Assembly (NCBI GenBank): GCA_050290185.1
Contig: JBNKHE010000007.1
Location: 32,001 to 96,000, forward strand
Reading direction: 5' to 3'
From: Pontiella sp.
Lineage (GTDB): Bacteria; Verrucomicrobiota; Kiritimatiellia; Kiritimatiellales; Pontiellaceae
Length of the DNA stretch: 64,000 bases
How positions within the stretch are numbered: the first letter of the stretch is position 1; each line of letters begins with the position of its first letter. Positions 38,824-49,119 of the stretch are shown in pieces. Under the pieces are notes generated by a model, which saw only the letters and a list, made by a program, of their open reading frames with translations, was not told the DNA's origin and did no database searches. The position numbers and the translations under genes were made by a program.

Positions 38824-39360
38824 ATGTACGAAAAAACCCTTTCACGAAAGACGGTCTACGAAGGCCACATCATCAACGTGGATGTGCTGGATGTGGAGCT
38901 GGAAAACGGCAGGAAATCGATCCGCGAGATCGTGCAGCACGGCGTGGCCGTGGCGATCATTCCCCGGCTGGCCGATGGGCGCTTCGCCTTTATCCGACAG
39001 TTCCGCAAGCCGATGGAGCGGGTCTGCTTTGAAGTCTGTGCCGGCAATGTCGATCACGACGGCGAGCATGAGGCCGAAACCGCCATCCGCGAGCTGCAGG
39101 AGGAAACCGGCTACATCGCCGAATCGATGGAGTTGCTTGGGCCGATCTTCCCGAGCGTCGGCTACTGCACCGAACGCATCGACGTGTTCTACTGCGAGGT
39201 CACCGGCAAGGGCGAAACGTCGTTCGACGACGACGAGCGCATCGAAACCGTTATGGTCTCCGAGGCCGAGATGGACGAAATGATCCGCAACAACGAAATC
39301 GCCGATGCCAAGACCCTCGCCGCCTGGATGCTCTATAAATCCAAGAAAGTGAACGTGTAG
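38824..39360 (+). CDS. NUDIX hydrolase, ADP-ribose pyrophosphatase-like
   Basis: REIVQH, QFR.P, AG..D....ETAIRELQEETGY Nudix box, DAKT. Confidence 0.9.
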   Translation: MYEKTLSRKTVYEGHIINVDVLDVELENGRKSIREIVQHGVAVAIIPRLADGRFAFIRQFRKPMERVCFEVCAGNVDHDGEHEAETAIRELQEETGYIAESMELLGPIFPSVGYCTERIDVFYCEVTGKGETSFDDDERIETVMVSEAEMDEMIRNNEIADAKTLAAWMLYKSKKVNV

Positions 39361-39528
39361 GCACGAAGATTTAAACGTGCGTGAAAGTAACCCACCTTCA
39401 GCGCATATGTTCGGGAAAACAGCGATGCCCGAGCGAGAAACTGGTATAATTTGCCTGTAAAGATTCGGAATAAATGTCTCCCCGGTTTGTTGGGGAAATC
39501 GCCCAACTGCTTGATGGGCCATTATATA

Positions 39529-39544
39529 TGGCACTTATAATGCT
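39529..39544 (+). promoter_or_regulatory. Candidate sigma54 (-24/-12) promoter
   Basis: TGGCAC-TTATA-ATGCT with exact GG-N10-GC spacing, 27 nt before the ATG at 39572; also contains TATAAT. Confidence 0.55.
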
Positions 39545-39571
39545 ACGTTATGATCATTAACTGGGAGATAA

Positions 39572-39898
39572 ATGATGAAAACACGCGAACAAGCTGAAGA
39601 AATGGGAGTTGTGGAGCAGGATATGGAATGTGTCGGATTCCACGAACTGCTGGACTGGCAGATTATTCAATATCGCCAATCGGTGGATGAATACCGCAAG
39701 GAGCTTTCCCGAGAGCAGCATCGTTGCGTATCCTGGCAGGAAGCTGAACAGGAATTTTCAAAAATGGGCCTGAAGGACATGGGAGAACAATGGCGCGTTG
39801 AATATTGTGGACTCGTTTGCCCCGAAAGAAATAAGTGCCTGCTTGCCATGCAGTTTCTCAATGCCCGCCATACTGAACCGATGTACAAGGCCGGCTGA
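39572..39898 (+). CDS. Small hypothetical protein with C-terminal Cys motif
   Basis: GGGAGA RBS; 108 aa; YCGLVCPERNKC. Confidence 0.72.
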   Translation: MMKTREQAEEMGVVEQDMECVGFHELLDWQIIQYRQSVDEYRKELSREQHRCVSWQEAEQEFSKMGLKDMGEQWRVEYCGLVCPERNKCLLAMQFLNARHTEPMYKAG

Positions 39899-40168
39899 AT
39901 ACATTGTTTCCACTCGATATAAAAGCGTCCCTATTTCCAAGTGGAGTTTCTTGGTTTCCAGATTTACTACCTGTCTCAGAGGTGTTGGAAAGTAGGCAGG
40001 TAATTTTTTGCCGAACGTTCCAAATCTATTAACGAAGGATGTTTATGCCGTAGTTCGTCGGCGGTCTCGTGTTCCTGATGGGAATTGACCTTGTATTTCT
40101 CACAATGCATGAAATAGGATTCCGCCCGTTGAAGAACTCGGTTATTGATAACGGAGAAAGGAAAAAAG

Positions 40169-40366
40169 ATGACTAAACTACTGATCATGGTGGCGTGGCT
40201 TGTTGCTAGTGTTCTGTCCGTCAATGCTCTGGATCGAAGTCTACGGGTCTACATTTTAGACTACGAAGTCAAACGCCCCCGCATCCTCAGGACCATCATC
40301 ATTGCGATGATCTGGTTAGCTGTCACTCTCGGCTGCCTTGTAGCAGTCGTCGGAGGAGAGCAGTAG
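40169..40366 (+). CDS. Small two-helix membrane protein
   Basis: AAGGA RBS; two hydrophobic stretches; terminator downstream. Confidence 0.6.
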   Translation: MTKLLIMVAWLVASVLSVNALDRSLRVYILDYEVKRPRILRTIIIAMIWLAVTLGCLVAVVGGEQ

Positions 40367-40438
40367 AAGGGCGGGCTCGAAAGCATAGGCAGCTTTCTTG
40401 ATATGGTCTGATGGATAGAGAACGATAAGCTGTCATAG

Positions 40439-40470
40439 GGCGTTCCGAGACTCGGGACGCCTTTTTATTT
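40439..40470 (+). terminator. Rho-independent terminator
   Basis: ggcgttccgag-a-ctcgggacgcc hairpin plus ttttt. Confidence 0.7.
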
Positions 40471-40535
40471 GTGGTTGCAGGAGCAGCGGTTTCGCGGCAT
40501 GCACTATTCACATCAGCCGGATATTCCCATACAGC

Positions 40536-40847
40536 TTATGCGGCAAACGAATCCACCCCGTGTTCCTTGGAAACGGACTCGCTGTCACGATAGGATTCCA
40601 GAAAACTGATGAGAGCGTTCAACGCGGCATCCGCATCCTGGCCATCCGCTGCCAGCTCCAGCATTTGGCCATGGGTAACGCCTAGGATTAGAATCTCGAA
40701 CAGGCTCCGTGCATCGGCACGATGATTATCGACGATAATCGTAATACTTGCATCGTACGCGCAAGCGATCCTTGCCATTTCGGCAGCAGGTCTCATGTGT
40801 AATCCAAGCCGGTTCTTTAGTTTTATCGTCCGATTCTTCCGTTTCAT
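40536..40847 (-). CDS. HPr-family phosphocarrier protein
   Basis: NRLGLHMRPAA (His15 motif), ADARSLFEIL (Ser46 motif), ADGQDA..AL. Confidence 0.92.
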   Translation of the reverse strand: MKRKNRTIKLKNRLGLHMRPAAEMARIACAYDASITIIVDNHRADARSLFEILILGVTHGQMLELAADGQDADAALNALISFLESYRDSESVSKEHGVDSFAA

Positions 40848-40935
40848 TTTCTGCACCTTTCTCCACACAGGATTCCATACCATATTGCATCGGTTTCGGC
40901 TTACGTGTTGCCCCGGATACAAGACTGATAAAATG

Positions 40936-40951
40936 TGCATGTCTTAGGCCA
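40936..40951 (-). promoter_or_regulatory. Candidate sigma54 (-24/-12) promoter for the HPr gene
   Basis: Minus strand TGGCCT-AAGAC-ATGCA with GG-N10-GC spacing, next to an AT-rich tract. Confidence 0.45.
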
Positions 40952-41386
40952 ATAAGAATGAAATAACATGCATTTTATAAAAAATATAAAAACACTGCTG
41001 TTTTTTCTGAAAAATTCCTTTGGGCAGAATGGATTGCAGAGTGTTTGCCCCGTGTATAATTTCAGTATTGAGAATCTTTTGCCTCATTCCTGTCGTCCGG
41101 ATGCGTTCGCACACCGTCTGGCGAGTGTCCCGGTTGCAGATGAGCGGTTCTGAGACGAAAGTTTAATGCGATACAAGTCCTCAACGGTAAGCTTAGTATC
41201 AACTTAGATTCAATACTTGCTCTCAAGTACGCTATCGCTGAACTGAAACGGCAAAGCTACGTGTCCCAATTCCTGCTCGGCAAGTCGGATAAACTTGTGG
41301 GGGGCTGCGATATTCTAGAGTTGTATGGACAGGAGTAGGATATGGATCTGCACGGTTGCTGGTTCATATTCATCCCCATCCATATT

Positions 41387-43615
41387 CTAGCGCCTTCGAC
41401 GGCGTTTGCCTTGGACGCGGGGTTTGCCGGTTTTGAGATCGGGCTGGATTCGGGGCTTGCGTTGGCGGCGGGGCTGGGCGAGCTGATCGGCGAGGACAAA
41501 GTCGATGAATCCTCGGGCGGTGTCGACTTTGGCGAGCGCGACTTCCACTTTCTGTCCGATGGTAAACATGACTTTTCCTGAGCGCGTGCGCGCCTGGGTC
41601 ATCTCTTCGTTGGCTTCAAGCCAGTCGGAGGTGATGGAGGCGAAGGTGACCATGCCGCGCTGGAGCGAGTCTGGCAGTTCAACGATCATGCCCTTGCCTT
41701 TGATGGAGACGATGTAGCCTTTGAAGGTGGCCGTCAGCGATGAATTCATCAGCTCGCTGTAATATTCGACGCGTTTCTTTTCGATGCTCTTCTTTTCCAG
41801 TTCGTCGGCCTTTTGTTCTGTTTCGGTGCAGTGGCGGGCAATCTCCTCGATCTGGTCGCCGGACATGCCGAATTCGGTTTCTTTTTCGACGGCCTTAAGC
41901 AGGCGGTGTACAAGGAGGTCGGGATAGCGGCGGATGGGTGAGGTGAAGTGTGTGTAGTCGTCGAACGCGAGGCCGAAGTGGCCGATCTGTTCGGCGGCAT
42001 ATTCCGCGCGTTTGAAGCTGCGTAGGATGGCGAGGTTGGCGGTGTATTCCACTGGAGTGCCGGCGGCCATGCGAATGGCCTCGTTGATCTCCTGCCGAGT
42101 CTGGGGAAGAGCGGGAATGCCTAGCGCCTGCAGCTCCATCCCCATGGAGGTCCACTGCTCTTCGTCGGGTTCGGCATGGATGCGGTAGATGGCGGGCTTC
42201 TCGGCGGCGATCAGGATTTCGGCGACGGCGCGGTTGGCTAAGAGCATGCAATCTTCGATCAGCTGATAAGCTTCTTTCGATTCCGAACGCGGCATCATTT
42301 TTTCGACCTTGCCCTTGTTGTTGAGCTTGATCTCGATTTCGGGGGTGTTGATTTCCACCGAGCCGTTGGAAACGCGCAGGGCACGGATCTTCTGCACCAG
42401 AGGCCAGAGGTTTTCCAATCGTTGCAATACATGCGCGGGAATGCCGTGGTCGGTTTTCCCATCGATAAATTTCTGCACCTGGGTATAGGTGAGCCGGGCC
42501 TTGGAATGAATCACCGAGGGGAACGATTCATAGCCGAGAATTTCGCCATCTTCGCTGAGGTGCAGGTGGACCGAATGGGTCAGATGGTCGTTTTCGGGAT
42601 TGAGGCTGCACACTTTGGTGGTCAGCTCGCGCGGAAGCATCATGACGGCGCGGTCGACGAGATAGATGCTATTGCCGCGGCGGTAGGCTTCCTTGTCGAT
42701 CTTTGAGCCGGGAAGGACGTAGGTGGAGACGTCGGCGATATGAACGCCGAGTTCCCAGCCGCCGTCGGGATGCGGTTCGAGCGATACGGCGTCGTCGTAG
42801 TCCTTCGCGGTTTCGGGGTCGATCGTGAAGGTGACGGCGTTGCGCAGGTCGCGTCGGCCTTCCAGGCGTTCGGGGGTGACTTCGCCGGAGATATTCTCTG
42901 CTTCTGCGATGACTTCCGTCGGGAAGGCCTCCCGGATGCCTGCGTCGGCCAACAGCGAATCGATGTCGACGCCGGGCTGCGACATTTCGCCGAGGTCCTC
43001 GACAATGGTGCCCATGAGCGGGCGAAAGGGATCTTTCCAATCTTCCAGTTGAACGATCACCTTGTGATTTCCGGGAATATTCTTTGTGTCTTCGACACGG
43101 ACATCCTGCCGGAAGCCGGGGGAATCGGGGATGACGTAGGAATAGTAGGGGGTGTGTTTAAGCAAGCCGACGGTACGGTCGGTGGCACGCTCAAGCACTC
43201 GTGCGACGCGCCCTTCGGCGCGGAGATCGGTCTGTCCTCGCCGTTCACGGCGCTGGGCAGCATATTCGGAGTGGAAGACTTCGATGGCGACCTTGTCGTT
43301 GGGCAGGGCGACGCCGGTGTTGCGGTCGGAGATGTAGATCTCGGACTCGCCCTCCTGGTCGGGGATGAAGATGGCGCCGCCTTTGGCCATCATCCGGATG
43401 GTGCCGACTATTTCGTTGCCGGATTGAGGAAGCCCCCAGCGGTTTTTACGCAGGCGTGTGATCTTGCCGGCGGCTTCGAGTTCGTAGAGTTCGTGACGGA
43501 AATCGGCCCGTTTCCCTTTGCTATCCACTTTTAATGCTTTGGCGAGCTCGTGCTGCTTCATGGGGTGATAGCCCGCGGATGACATAAATTGCAAAAGTTG
43601 GGACTCGAAGCTCAT
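41387..43615 (-). CDS. rnr: Ribonuclease R
   Basis: N-terminal HTH, cold-shock domains, FTIDPETAKDYDDA, HFGL..YTHFTSPIRRYPDL, S1 domain, basic tail. Confidence 0.95.
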   Translation of the reverse strand: MSFESQLLQFMSSAGYHPMKQHELAKALKVDSKGKRADFRHELYELEAAGKITRLRKNRWGLPQSGNEIVGTIRMMAKGGAIFIPDQEGESEIYISDRNTGVALPNDKVAIEVFHSEYAAQRRERRGQTDLRAEGRVARVLERATDRTVGLLKHTPYYSYVIPDSPGFRQDVRVEDTKNIPGNHKVIVQLEDWKDPFRPLMGTIVEDLGEMSQPGVDIDSLLADAGIREAFPTEVIAEAENISGEVTPERLEGRRDLRNAVTFTIDPETAKDYDDAVSLEPHPDGGWELGVHIADVSTYVLPGSKIDKEAYRRGNSIYLVDRAVMMLPRELTTKVCSLNPENDHLTHSVHLHLSEDGEILGYESFPSVIHSKARLTYTQVQKFIDGKTDHGIPAHVLQRLENLWPLVQKIRALRVSNGSVEINTPEIEIKLNNKGKVEKMMPRSESKEAYQLIEDCMLLANRAVAEILIAAEKPAIYRIHAEPDEEQWTSMGMELQALGIPALPQTRQEINEAIRMAAGTPVEYTANLAILRSFKRAEYAAEQIGHFGLAFDDYTHFTSPIRRYPDLLVHRLLKAVEKETEFGMSGDQIEEIARHCTETEQKADELEKKSIEKKRVEYYSELMNSSLTATFKGYIVSIKGKGMIVELPDSLQRGMVTFASITSDWLEANEEMTQARTRSGKVMFTIGQKVEVALAKVDTARGFIDFVLADQLAQPRRQRKPRIQPDLKTGKPRVQGKRRRRR

Positions 43616-43639
43616 ATAGGGTTCCTGTATTTAGTATGC

Positions 43640-45094
43640 ATGAAAGTAGTGTTTCTTAGTAGTGAGATTGTACCATTCGCATCGACGGGTGGTCTAGGAG
43701 ATGTTTGCGCGGCCTTGCCGAAGGTCCTGGCTAAGCAGGGTGTGGAAACAATCCGCATGATTCCGCTCTATCAGCAGATTGACCGCGAAAAGTTCAAATT
43801 GACGAAGTGCGACATTGAGTTGCATATCCCGTTGGGAAACGCCTGGTTTTATGGCACGGTCTGGCAGCAGAAGTTTGAGGGCGTCACCACCTATTTTATC
43901 CATAACGAAGAATTCTTCGAACGTTCTGGAATGTACGGCACCTTGGATCATGGCTACGCCGACAACTTTGAGCGGTTTCTGTTTTTCCAGAAAGCTGTCG
44001 TTCGACTGATCGATGAATGGAATATTCAGCCCGATATCGTGCATTGTAACGACTGGCAGACCGCGCTGATACCGATGTTGCTGTATCACGGTATCGACGG
44101 CCATTTTCGCAATGGCCAGGAGAGGACGCTCATGACCATCCATAATCTGGCCCATCATGGATGGGCCCCTGCGGAAAAATTCTACATGACGAATCTTCCG
44201 GATGCCTGTTATACGATGGAGACCCTCGAATTCTACGGCGAAATTAACATGCTCAAGGGCGGTCTGGTGGGGGCAACTGCCATCAATGCCGTAAGTCCTA
44301 CTTATGCGGACGAGATCAAGACGCCCCAGTTTGGCTGCAGGCTGAACGGTGTGCTGTACCACCGTAGACATGTGTTGCACGGTATCCTGAACGGGATCGA
44401 TTACAAGCGCTGGAATCCTGCGACGGACCAGTATATTTCTGCTCATTACTCGATCGATGATCTATCGGGAAAGATGATCTGCAAGAAAGACGTGCAAAAG
44501 GCCGCCGGATTTCAAGTGGACTCCAACGTGCCGTTACTGGGTATGATTACTCGCCTCGATCGGCAGAAGGGGATCGATATCATTGCCGACGCAATTGAAG
44601 ATATTGTAGCGACCGGCGCTCAACTGGTGATTCTTGGCACCGGGGACAGCTATTACGAGGAGGCCTGTCGTGATTGGGCCGCGCGCTGGCCGATGCAGGT
44701 TTGTGCCTGGATCGAGTTTTCGCAAGCGCTGGCTCACCAGATTGAAGCCGGGGTTGATATTTTTCTCATGCCGTCTGAATTTGAGCCGTGCGGTCAGAAC
44801 CAGATGTATAGCATGCGTTATGGCACCATTCCCTTGGTGCATGGCGTCGGTGGTCTGGAAGACTCGGTGGCCGATTATGCCGAGAAGGGTGGAACCGGCT
44901 TCAAGTTTCACGGGCATTCGCCTGAAATCTTCATGCAGTGTTTAGACCGGGCACTGAATGTGTATAGAGACGGCAGGAAATGGACCGCACTGAAGAAGCG
45001 GGCGATGAAGCAGGATTTCTCTGTCGTGCATATGGCGAAGGATTACATGGCACTGTATGAAGCGATTCTCTCAGGCAATGCAACGGTGGATTGA
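43640..45094 (+). CDS. glgA: Glycogen synthase (GT5)
   Basis: SEIVPFASTGGLGDV, HCNDWQT, TIHNL, VSPTYA.EI, GILNGID, RL..QKG, PSEFEPCG. Confidence 0.93.
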   Translation: MKVVFLSSEIVPFASTGGLGDVCAALPKVLAKQGVETIRMIPLYQQIDREKFKLTKCDIELHIPLGNAWFYGTVWQQKFEGVTTYFIHNEEFFERSGMYGTLDHGYADNFERFLFFQKAVVRLIDEWNIQPDIVHCNDWQTALIPMLLYHGIDGHFRNGQERTLMTIHNLAHHGWAPAEKFYMTNLPDACYTMETLEFYGEINMLKGGLVGATAINAVSPTYADEIKTPQFGCRLNGVLYHRRHVLHGILNGIDYKRWNPATDQYISAHYSIDDLSGKMICKKDVQKAAGFQVDSNVPLLGMITRLDRQKGIDIIADAIEDIVATGAQLVILGTGDSYYEEACRDWAARWPMQVCAWIEFSQALAHQIEAGVDIFLMPSEFEPCGQNQMYSMRYGTIPLVHGVGGLEDSVADYAEKGGTGFKFHGHSPEIFMQCLDRALNVYRDGRKWTALKKRAMKQDFSVVHMAKDYMALYEAILSGNATVD

Positions 45095-45509
45095 TAAATG
45101 GTTTAAAACCACGGCAGAAGCCTCGCACCTTCGATCAGGGAAATGGGGCGAGAAACAGGCTGTCCGCTTCCTGAAATCCAGGCACTATAAAATCCTTGGT
45201 CAACGTGTGCGGGTCGGTCGGCACGATGAGATCGATGTCGTAACTGAGCATAAGGGCGTTCTGGTTTTCGTTGAGGTCAAGACGCGGAAAAACGAGACAT
45301 ACGGACGTCCGTTTTCGGCCGTGAACAACGACAAGCGCAAACGGCTGTCTCGCGCTGCGGTCGGCTATTTGAAAAAGCGAAACCTCAAGCCCTGTTTTAT
45401 CCGCTTCGATGTGATCGAAGTCATCGGTGAGTCCGGTAGGGGGGAGCCGGAAATCCGCCACATCGAAAATGCCTTTCAGCTCGACGCGCACTACAAGCTG
45501 TGGTGGTAG
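45078..45509 (+). CDS. YraN family (UPF0102) putative endonuclease
   Basis: GKWGE..A, EIDVV, VFVEVKTR, RFDVIEV, HIENAF. Confidence 0.9.
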   Translation: MQRWIDKWFKTTAEASHLRSGKWGEKQAVRFLKSRHYKILGQRVRVGRHDEIDVVTEHKGVLVFVEVKTRKNETYGRPFSAVNNDKRKRLSRAAVGYLKKRNLKPCFIRFDVIEVIGESGRGEPEIRHIENAFQLDAHYKLWW

Positions 45510-45516
45510 CATCTTT

Positions 45517-48500
45517 TTATGGCATGAAGACAGGAGTGTTGGTCATTGGTTTGACCGTCAGTTCCACGTATTCATCTACCCCGCCTGTGATGGTAGGATA
45601 GAAGTTTGTGGTTGCGGGAGAGGTTATTTCAAACCGGTTTGTCGCGGTGTAGACACCAATCCCATACGGTTCAGGGCTGAGTGTGGAAAATGAAAAGCGA
45701 CCTTCCGCATCCGTTGTTGAGTTGTATCCCGTCATTGGCAGCATGGCTTGATCAGAAAGTTTTCCAATTCCAACCAATACCCCTGCAAGCGGCGATCCGG
45801 TTTTCTGGTCAATAACCTTGCCGTTGAAGACCAGTCCTTTTTCGAGGGCATAGGTCTGATCAGATCCCGGCTCAACCTTTTCCTCGATCGGTTGCCACTC
45901 GTTTCCTGGATCTATTGATATGTAGTATTCAAGATCGGGGTGGGCATTAATGCCGCTGAATTTTATCGACCCGTTTGCATCGGTGAAATACCGGGGTCTT
46001 TGCGCGCTGAAACCGTGGCGCACCCCGTTTATCACGGCGAAGGCGGAAAAACGAACAGGTATGTCTGCCGCGGGGGATCCATCCGGCATGAATACCCTTC
46101 TTGTGACTGTCTCCAGAGAAACAGGTTCCAATGTTATTTCCTGAACAGGATTCTGCTCCGTTATAGTGACCGGATCGCTGATCAGCAGGGTATTTCCAGA
46201 GTGGGCAATGATTCGGTAGGTATAATCCAATGGTAGCGAGGTGTAGGAAAAACGTCCATTCTTTGGGCGTTTGGAGCCATACCCCAGCAGTTCCATCAAT
46301 TCACGTTCTTTGCGGAAGGCCTCCTTTGCCGCCTTGGAATGATGTTCTTTCCCCTCCACGGGAGTTAGCGGCAAGATCGGTCGGATATCCAGTTTCATGT
46401 CATCCAGAGACTGCTCTCCGGAATCCAATAGGATGCCGGAAATTCCTCCTGCGGGCTTAAGCATATAACTCAGTTGATAGGGAGTATTTCCCGGTTCAAT
46501 CAGCCGTTCGTGCGCGGCCTCATAGCCTTCGGATTCCGCTAGGTATCCAGCCAGTCCCTGACCCCGGCCAAGCATCACATAGATGGGGGCGGGAAACGAA
46601 GCGCGGCCAACGCCGTTTGAGATGTCGACCTGCATCTGGCTCCATCCGGAGCTTCCGCGATCACCCGCTTCTTTGCTCTGGTAGTACGCCGTGCAGTGCC
46701 CCTGGGCCTTGGGCAGGTTGTCGGGTGTGATGAAGGTGAATTCGATGGTTCGAGAACCGTTTTTCCAGACCGGCCGATCATCATCGATATTAATGGTCAC
46801 CGTTTTTTCCGTGGCTGGATCGAACTCGAGGGTCACCTCTTTTTTTGTGCCATTTGGCTGAATGGTTATTTCGTCCCCTCGCAGCTCATAAAGTTCGAAG
46901 TACCCAACTCCATCCTTTATTTCAACAGGAGCCTTGTGGCCCTCGATCCATTGTCTTCCTCCGAACCACTTCCCGGCTTCGCCTTTGGTCGCATAGGTGT
47001 GATACGTCACGGCAAATTGGTTGTTATTCTCAACAGGTACCTTTTCGAGCCGCGAGAGGTCTCCGATGATCCGGCCCCTGATCATGACGCTTCTTTCCAC
47101 CAGGGTGAGGTTTGTGACCTTGTTGGTGGCGAAAATGTCGTCTGCCAGCAGCCGGTTGTATCCATCGCCCTTTACAGAGAGGCCATACGCGATATCGTCT
47201 TCCAACGTGTCAATCTGCAGGGCTCCGTTTTCATCAGTCGTTCCCCACAGGATTCCCGGATCCCCATAGCGCATGTTTTTCGTTTGCCTTTTTTTGGAGC
47301 GCAGGAACACCTCTGCCCCGACAACCGGTTGTCCGGTTTTTCCGGAGATCACCTTGAATTCGTGCATCAGCCCATTCTTCAGCGTAATGACCAAGGGCCG
47401 GCTCTTTTCCAGCGTGAAGGCCTGATTTTCCAGCGGCTGGAAGCCTTTGGCCTTGATGCTTATTCTTACAGGATGCTGGGAACCATCTTCGATGGAAACC
47501 ATCCCGTTCGCATCGGTGGTTTTCTTGACCGGGAAGCATAATCCCGTCCAACCGTTGCCGCCGGTCTCAACGGCATAAAACCATTGAATCTCCAGCGCAG
47601 GCAGCGGCTTCCCCTCCTCATTTACAATCTGGATCGATGAAGTAAATCCGCGTTTAAGCTCAATGTTTATGTTCTCGATATTGTGTCCATTGCGGGGATG
47701 AATGGTTTCCGAAAAAAACGGAGCATATCCGGGGACATATGAAGCAACACGTATATCCGGGCGGTTTTGCACTTCAACGCTGAACGAGAGATCATCATTG
47801 GCGCGTCCTCCGTATGAACTGGAATAGCTTTTGGATGAGACCACGGTTAAGTCAGGATGCTTTGGAATCACATCTCCTTCGGGGATAATGAATCGTCCGG
47901 ATACGGTGATTTTTACCGGGTCTTCCCTGACAGCCTGAGGGGAGAGCTTCTCCTGGAAGTCTCTACTGTATAACTCCTGCAGTTTTTCAATGCGCTCCTT
48001 CGGGGTCATGATCCTGGCCACGGCATCGACCGTGGCATCGGCGGCTTTTGAAAGTGTGAAGAGCGAGAGTGCGGCCAGCAGGGTGATTGCGGAGAGGCGG
48101 GCCCAGCCTATTTTGATGCCGGGTTTGTAGCGGGGATGGATGATGCGTTTGATGCGGTCGACCGCCGAATCGGGCCGGTTGTCGCTAAAGTGGGCGGCCA
48201 GGGGTTCGAGTGGTGGTTGATTCAATGATGCTGTACGCGCAAACTCGTCGGTCAACGCCTTGGCATACTCGATACTGCATCCGGTGGTTTCGATGCTTTC
48301 CCGATCGCAGCACGCTTCGCGTTCGATTCGGATTTGCCGACTGATCCACCATACGGCCGGATTGAAGAACAGAACGGTTTCTATGAACAATTGTGCGAGA
48401 TTCACGAGATAGTCCCACCGTCGGATATGCGTCAATTCGTGCGCGAGTATGGCTTCGATGTGTGCGGGGGGCAGGGTGGTCATCATGGACGCCGGAACCA

Positions 48501-49119
48501 GTAGCATTGGTTTTAAAAATCCGATTACCCCGGGTGTTGCCAACGTGGTGGTCGCCATCATGCTGATTTTTTGCCGGATACCCATGCGTTCGCAGAGGTT
48601 TCGGAAGGTTTCGGTCCATCGGGCGTCGGTAATTTGGATGGCTTTTCTGCGATGCCGGGCCGCTCCGCACAAGAGTGCAAACATACGCAGTAACATCAGT
48701 GCAATACCGGTTAGCCACAATATGATCAGCCCGTTGAGGTTGTTCTTTTGGGTCGGTGGACTGGTTATTTCAGGCCGATTGATGACGGAAACCGGTGATG
48801 ACGGTTCGACCGAATAGGATGCGTTTGCCGATCGAGCTACCTTCGTGACTTTCTCTATGTGTGAAGTCACACCAGAGGCAGGGGGAGTACCGGCTGGTTC
48901 CTGCCGAAGAATGGAGAAGGTGACGAGCCAGCTGAACAGGATGAAAAAGAGTGCGGCGGTGCTGAGCCAATAACGCCAGCGACATTGTGCACTGGTTAGG
49001 AATTTCAACGCGAACATCAAGAGCGCGGAAACGACGATGCCCTGCCATAGCGAATGCAGTAGCGATTCTGCCAGGAGAGCAGCCGTCGGGGAGGCGATAA
49101 AGGTGTGGATGCTAGTCAT
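45517..49119 (-). CDS. BlaR1/MecR1 peptidase M56 protein with a very large extracytoplasmic beta-sandwich (carboxypeptidase-regulatory-like) region
   Basis: HSLWQG, RWRY, PGVIG..KP, AHELTHIRRWD, FFNPAVWW, EREACCD; repeated G.P..G..V / TTD..G.F units. Confidence 0.9.
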   Translation of the reverse strand: MTSIHTFIASPTAALLAESLLHSLWQGIVVSALLMFALKFLTSAQCRWRYWLSTAALFFILFSWLVTFSILRQEPAGTPPASGVTSHIEKVTKVARSANASYSVEPSSPVSVINRPEITSPPTQKNNLNGLIILWLTGIALMLLRMFALLCGAARHRRKAIQITDARWTETFRNLCERMGIRQKISMMATTTLATPGVIGFLKPMLLVPASMMTTLPPAHIEAILAHELTHIRRWDYLVNLAQLFIETVLFFNPAVWWISRQIRIEREACCDRESIETTGCSIEYAKALTDEFARTASLNQPPLEPLAAHFSDNRPDSAVDRIKRIIHPRYKPGIKIGWARLSAITLLAALSLFTLSKAADATVDAVARIMTPKERIEKLQELYSRDFQEKLSPQAVREDPVKITVSGRFIIPEGDVIPKHPDLTVVSSKSYSSSYGGRANDDLSFSVEVQNRPDIRVASYVPGYAPFFSETIHPRNGHNIENINIELKRGFTSSIQIVNEEGKPLPALEIQWFYAVETGGNGWTGLCFPVKKTTDANGMVSIEDGSQHPVRISIKAKGFQPLENQAFTLEKSRPLVITLKNGLMHEFKVISGKTGQPVVGAEVFLRSKKRQTKNMRYGDPGILWGTTDENGALQIDTLEDDIAYGLSVKGDGYNRLLADDIFATNKVTNLTLVERSVMIRGRIIGDLSRLEKVPVENNNQFAVTYHTYATKGEAGKWFGGRQWIEGHKAPVEIKDGVGYFELYELRGDEITIQPNGTKKEVTLEFDPATEKTVTINIDDDRPVWKNGSRTIEFTFITPDNLPKAQGHCTAYYQSKEAGDRGSSGWSQMQVDISNGVGRASFPAPIYVMLGRGQGLAGYLAESEGYEAAHERLIEPGNTPYQLSYMLKPAGGISGILLDSGEQSLDDMKLDIRPILPLTPVEGKEHHSKAAKEAFRKERELMELLGYGSKRPKNGRFSYTSLPLDYTYRIIAHSGNTLLISDPVTITEQNPVQEITLEPVSLETVTRRVFMPDGSPAADIPVRFSAFAVINGVRHGFSAQRPRYFTDANGSIKFSGINAHPDLEYYISIDPGNEWQPIEEKVEPGSDQTYALEKGLVFNGKVIDQKTGSPLAGVLVGIGKLSDQAMLPMTGYNSTTDAEGRFSFSTLSPEPYGIGVYTATNRFEITSPATTNFYPTITGGVDEYVELTVKPMTNTPVFMP

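Noticed and set aside
38066..39283. 405-aa plus-strand ORF and the many other long antisense or alternate-frame ORFs (e.g. 12544-13629, 17254-18207, 51126-51947)
   Set aside because: They overlap well-supported genes, lack motifs and are the shadows expected from high GC3 codon bias
37531..39360. tRNA-Leu as an integration site with dGTPase as an anti-phage cargo
   Set aside because: No integrase and no duplicated tRNA 3' end seen; the dGTPase looks like the ordinary housekeeping type with host-like codon usage
41240..41300. GGCAAAGCTACGTGTCCC resembling part of a c-di-GMP-I riboswitch
   Set aside because: The GGCAAA-stem-GAAA tetraloop arm and P1 pairing could not be built, and it faces away from HPr; a cmsearch with RF01051 would settle it
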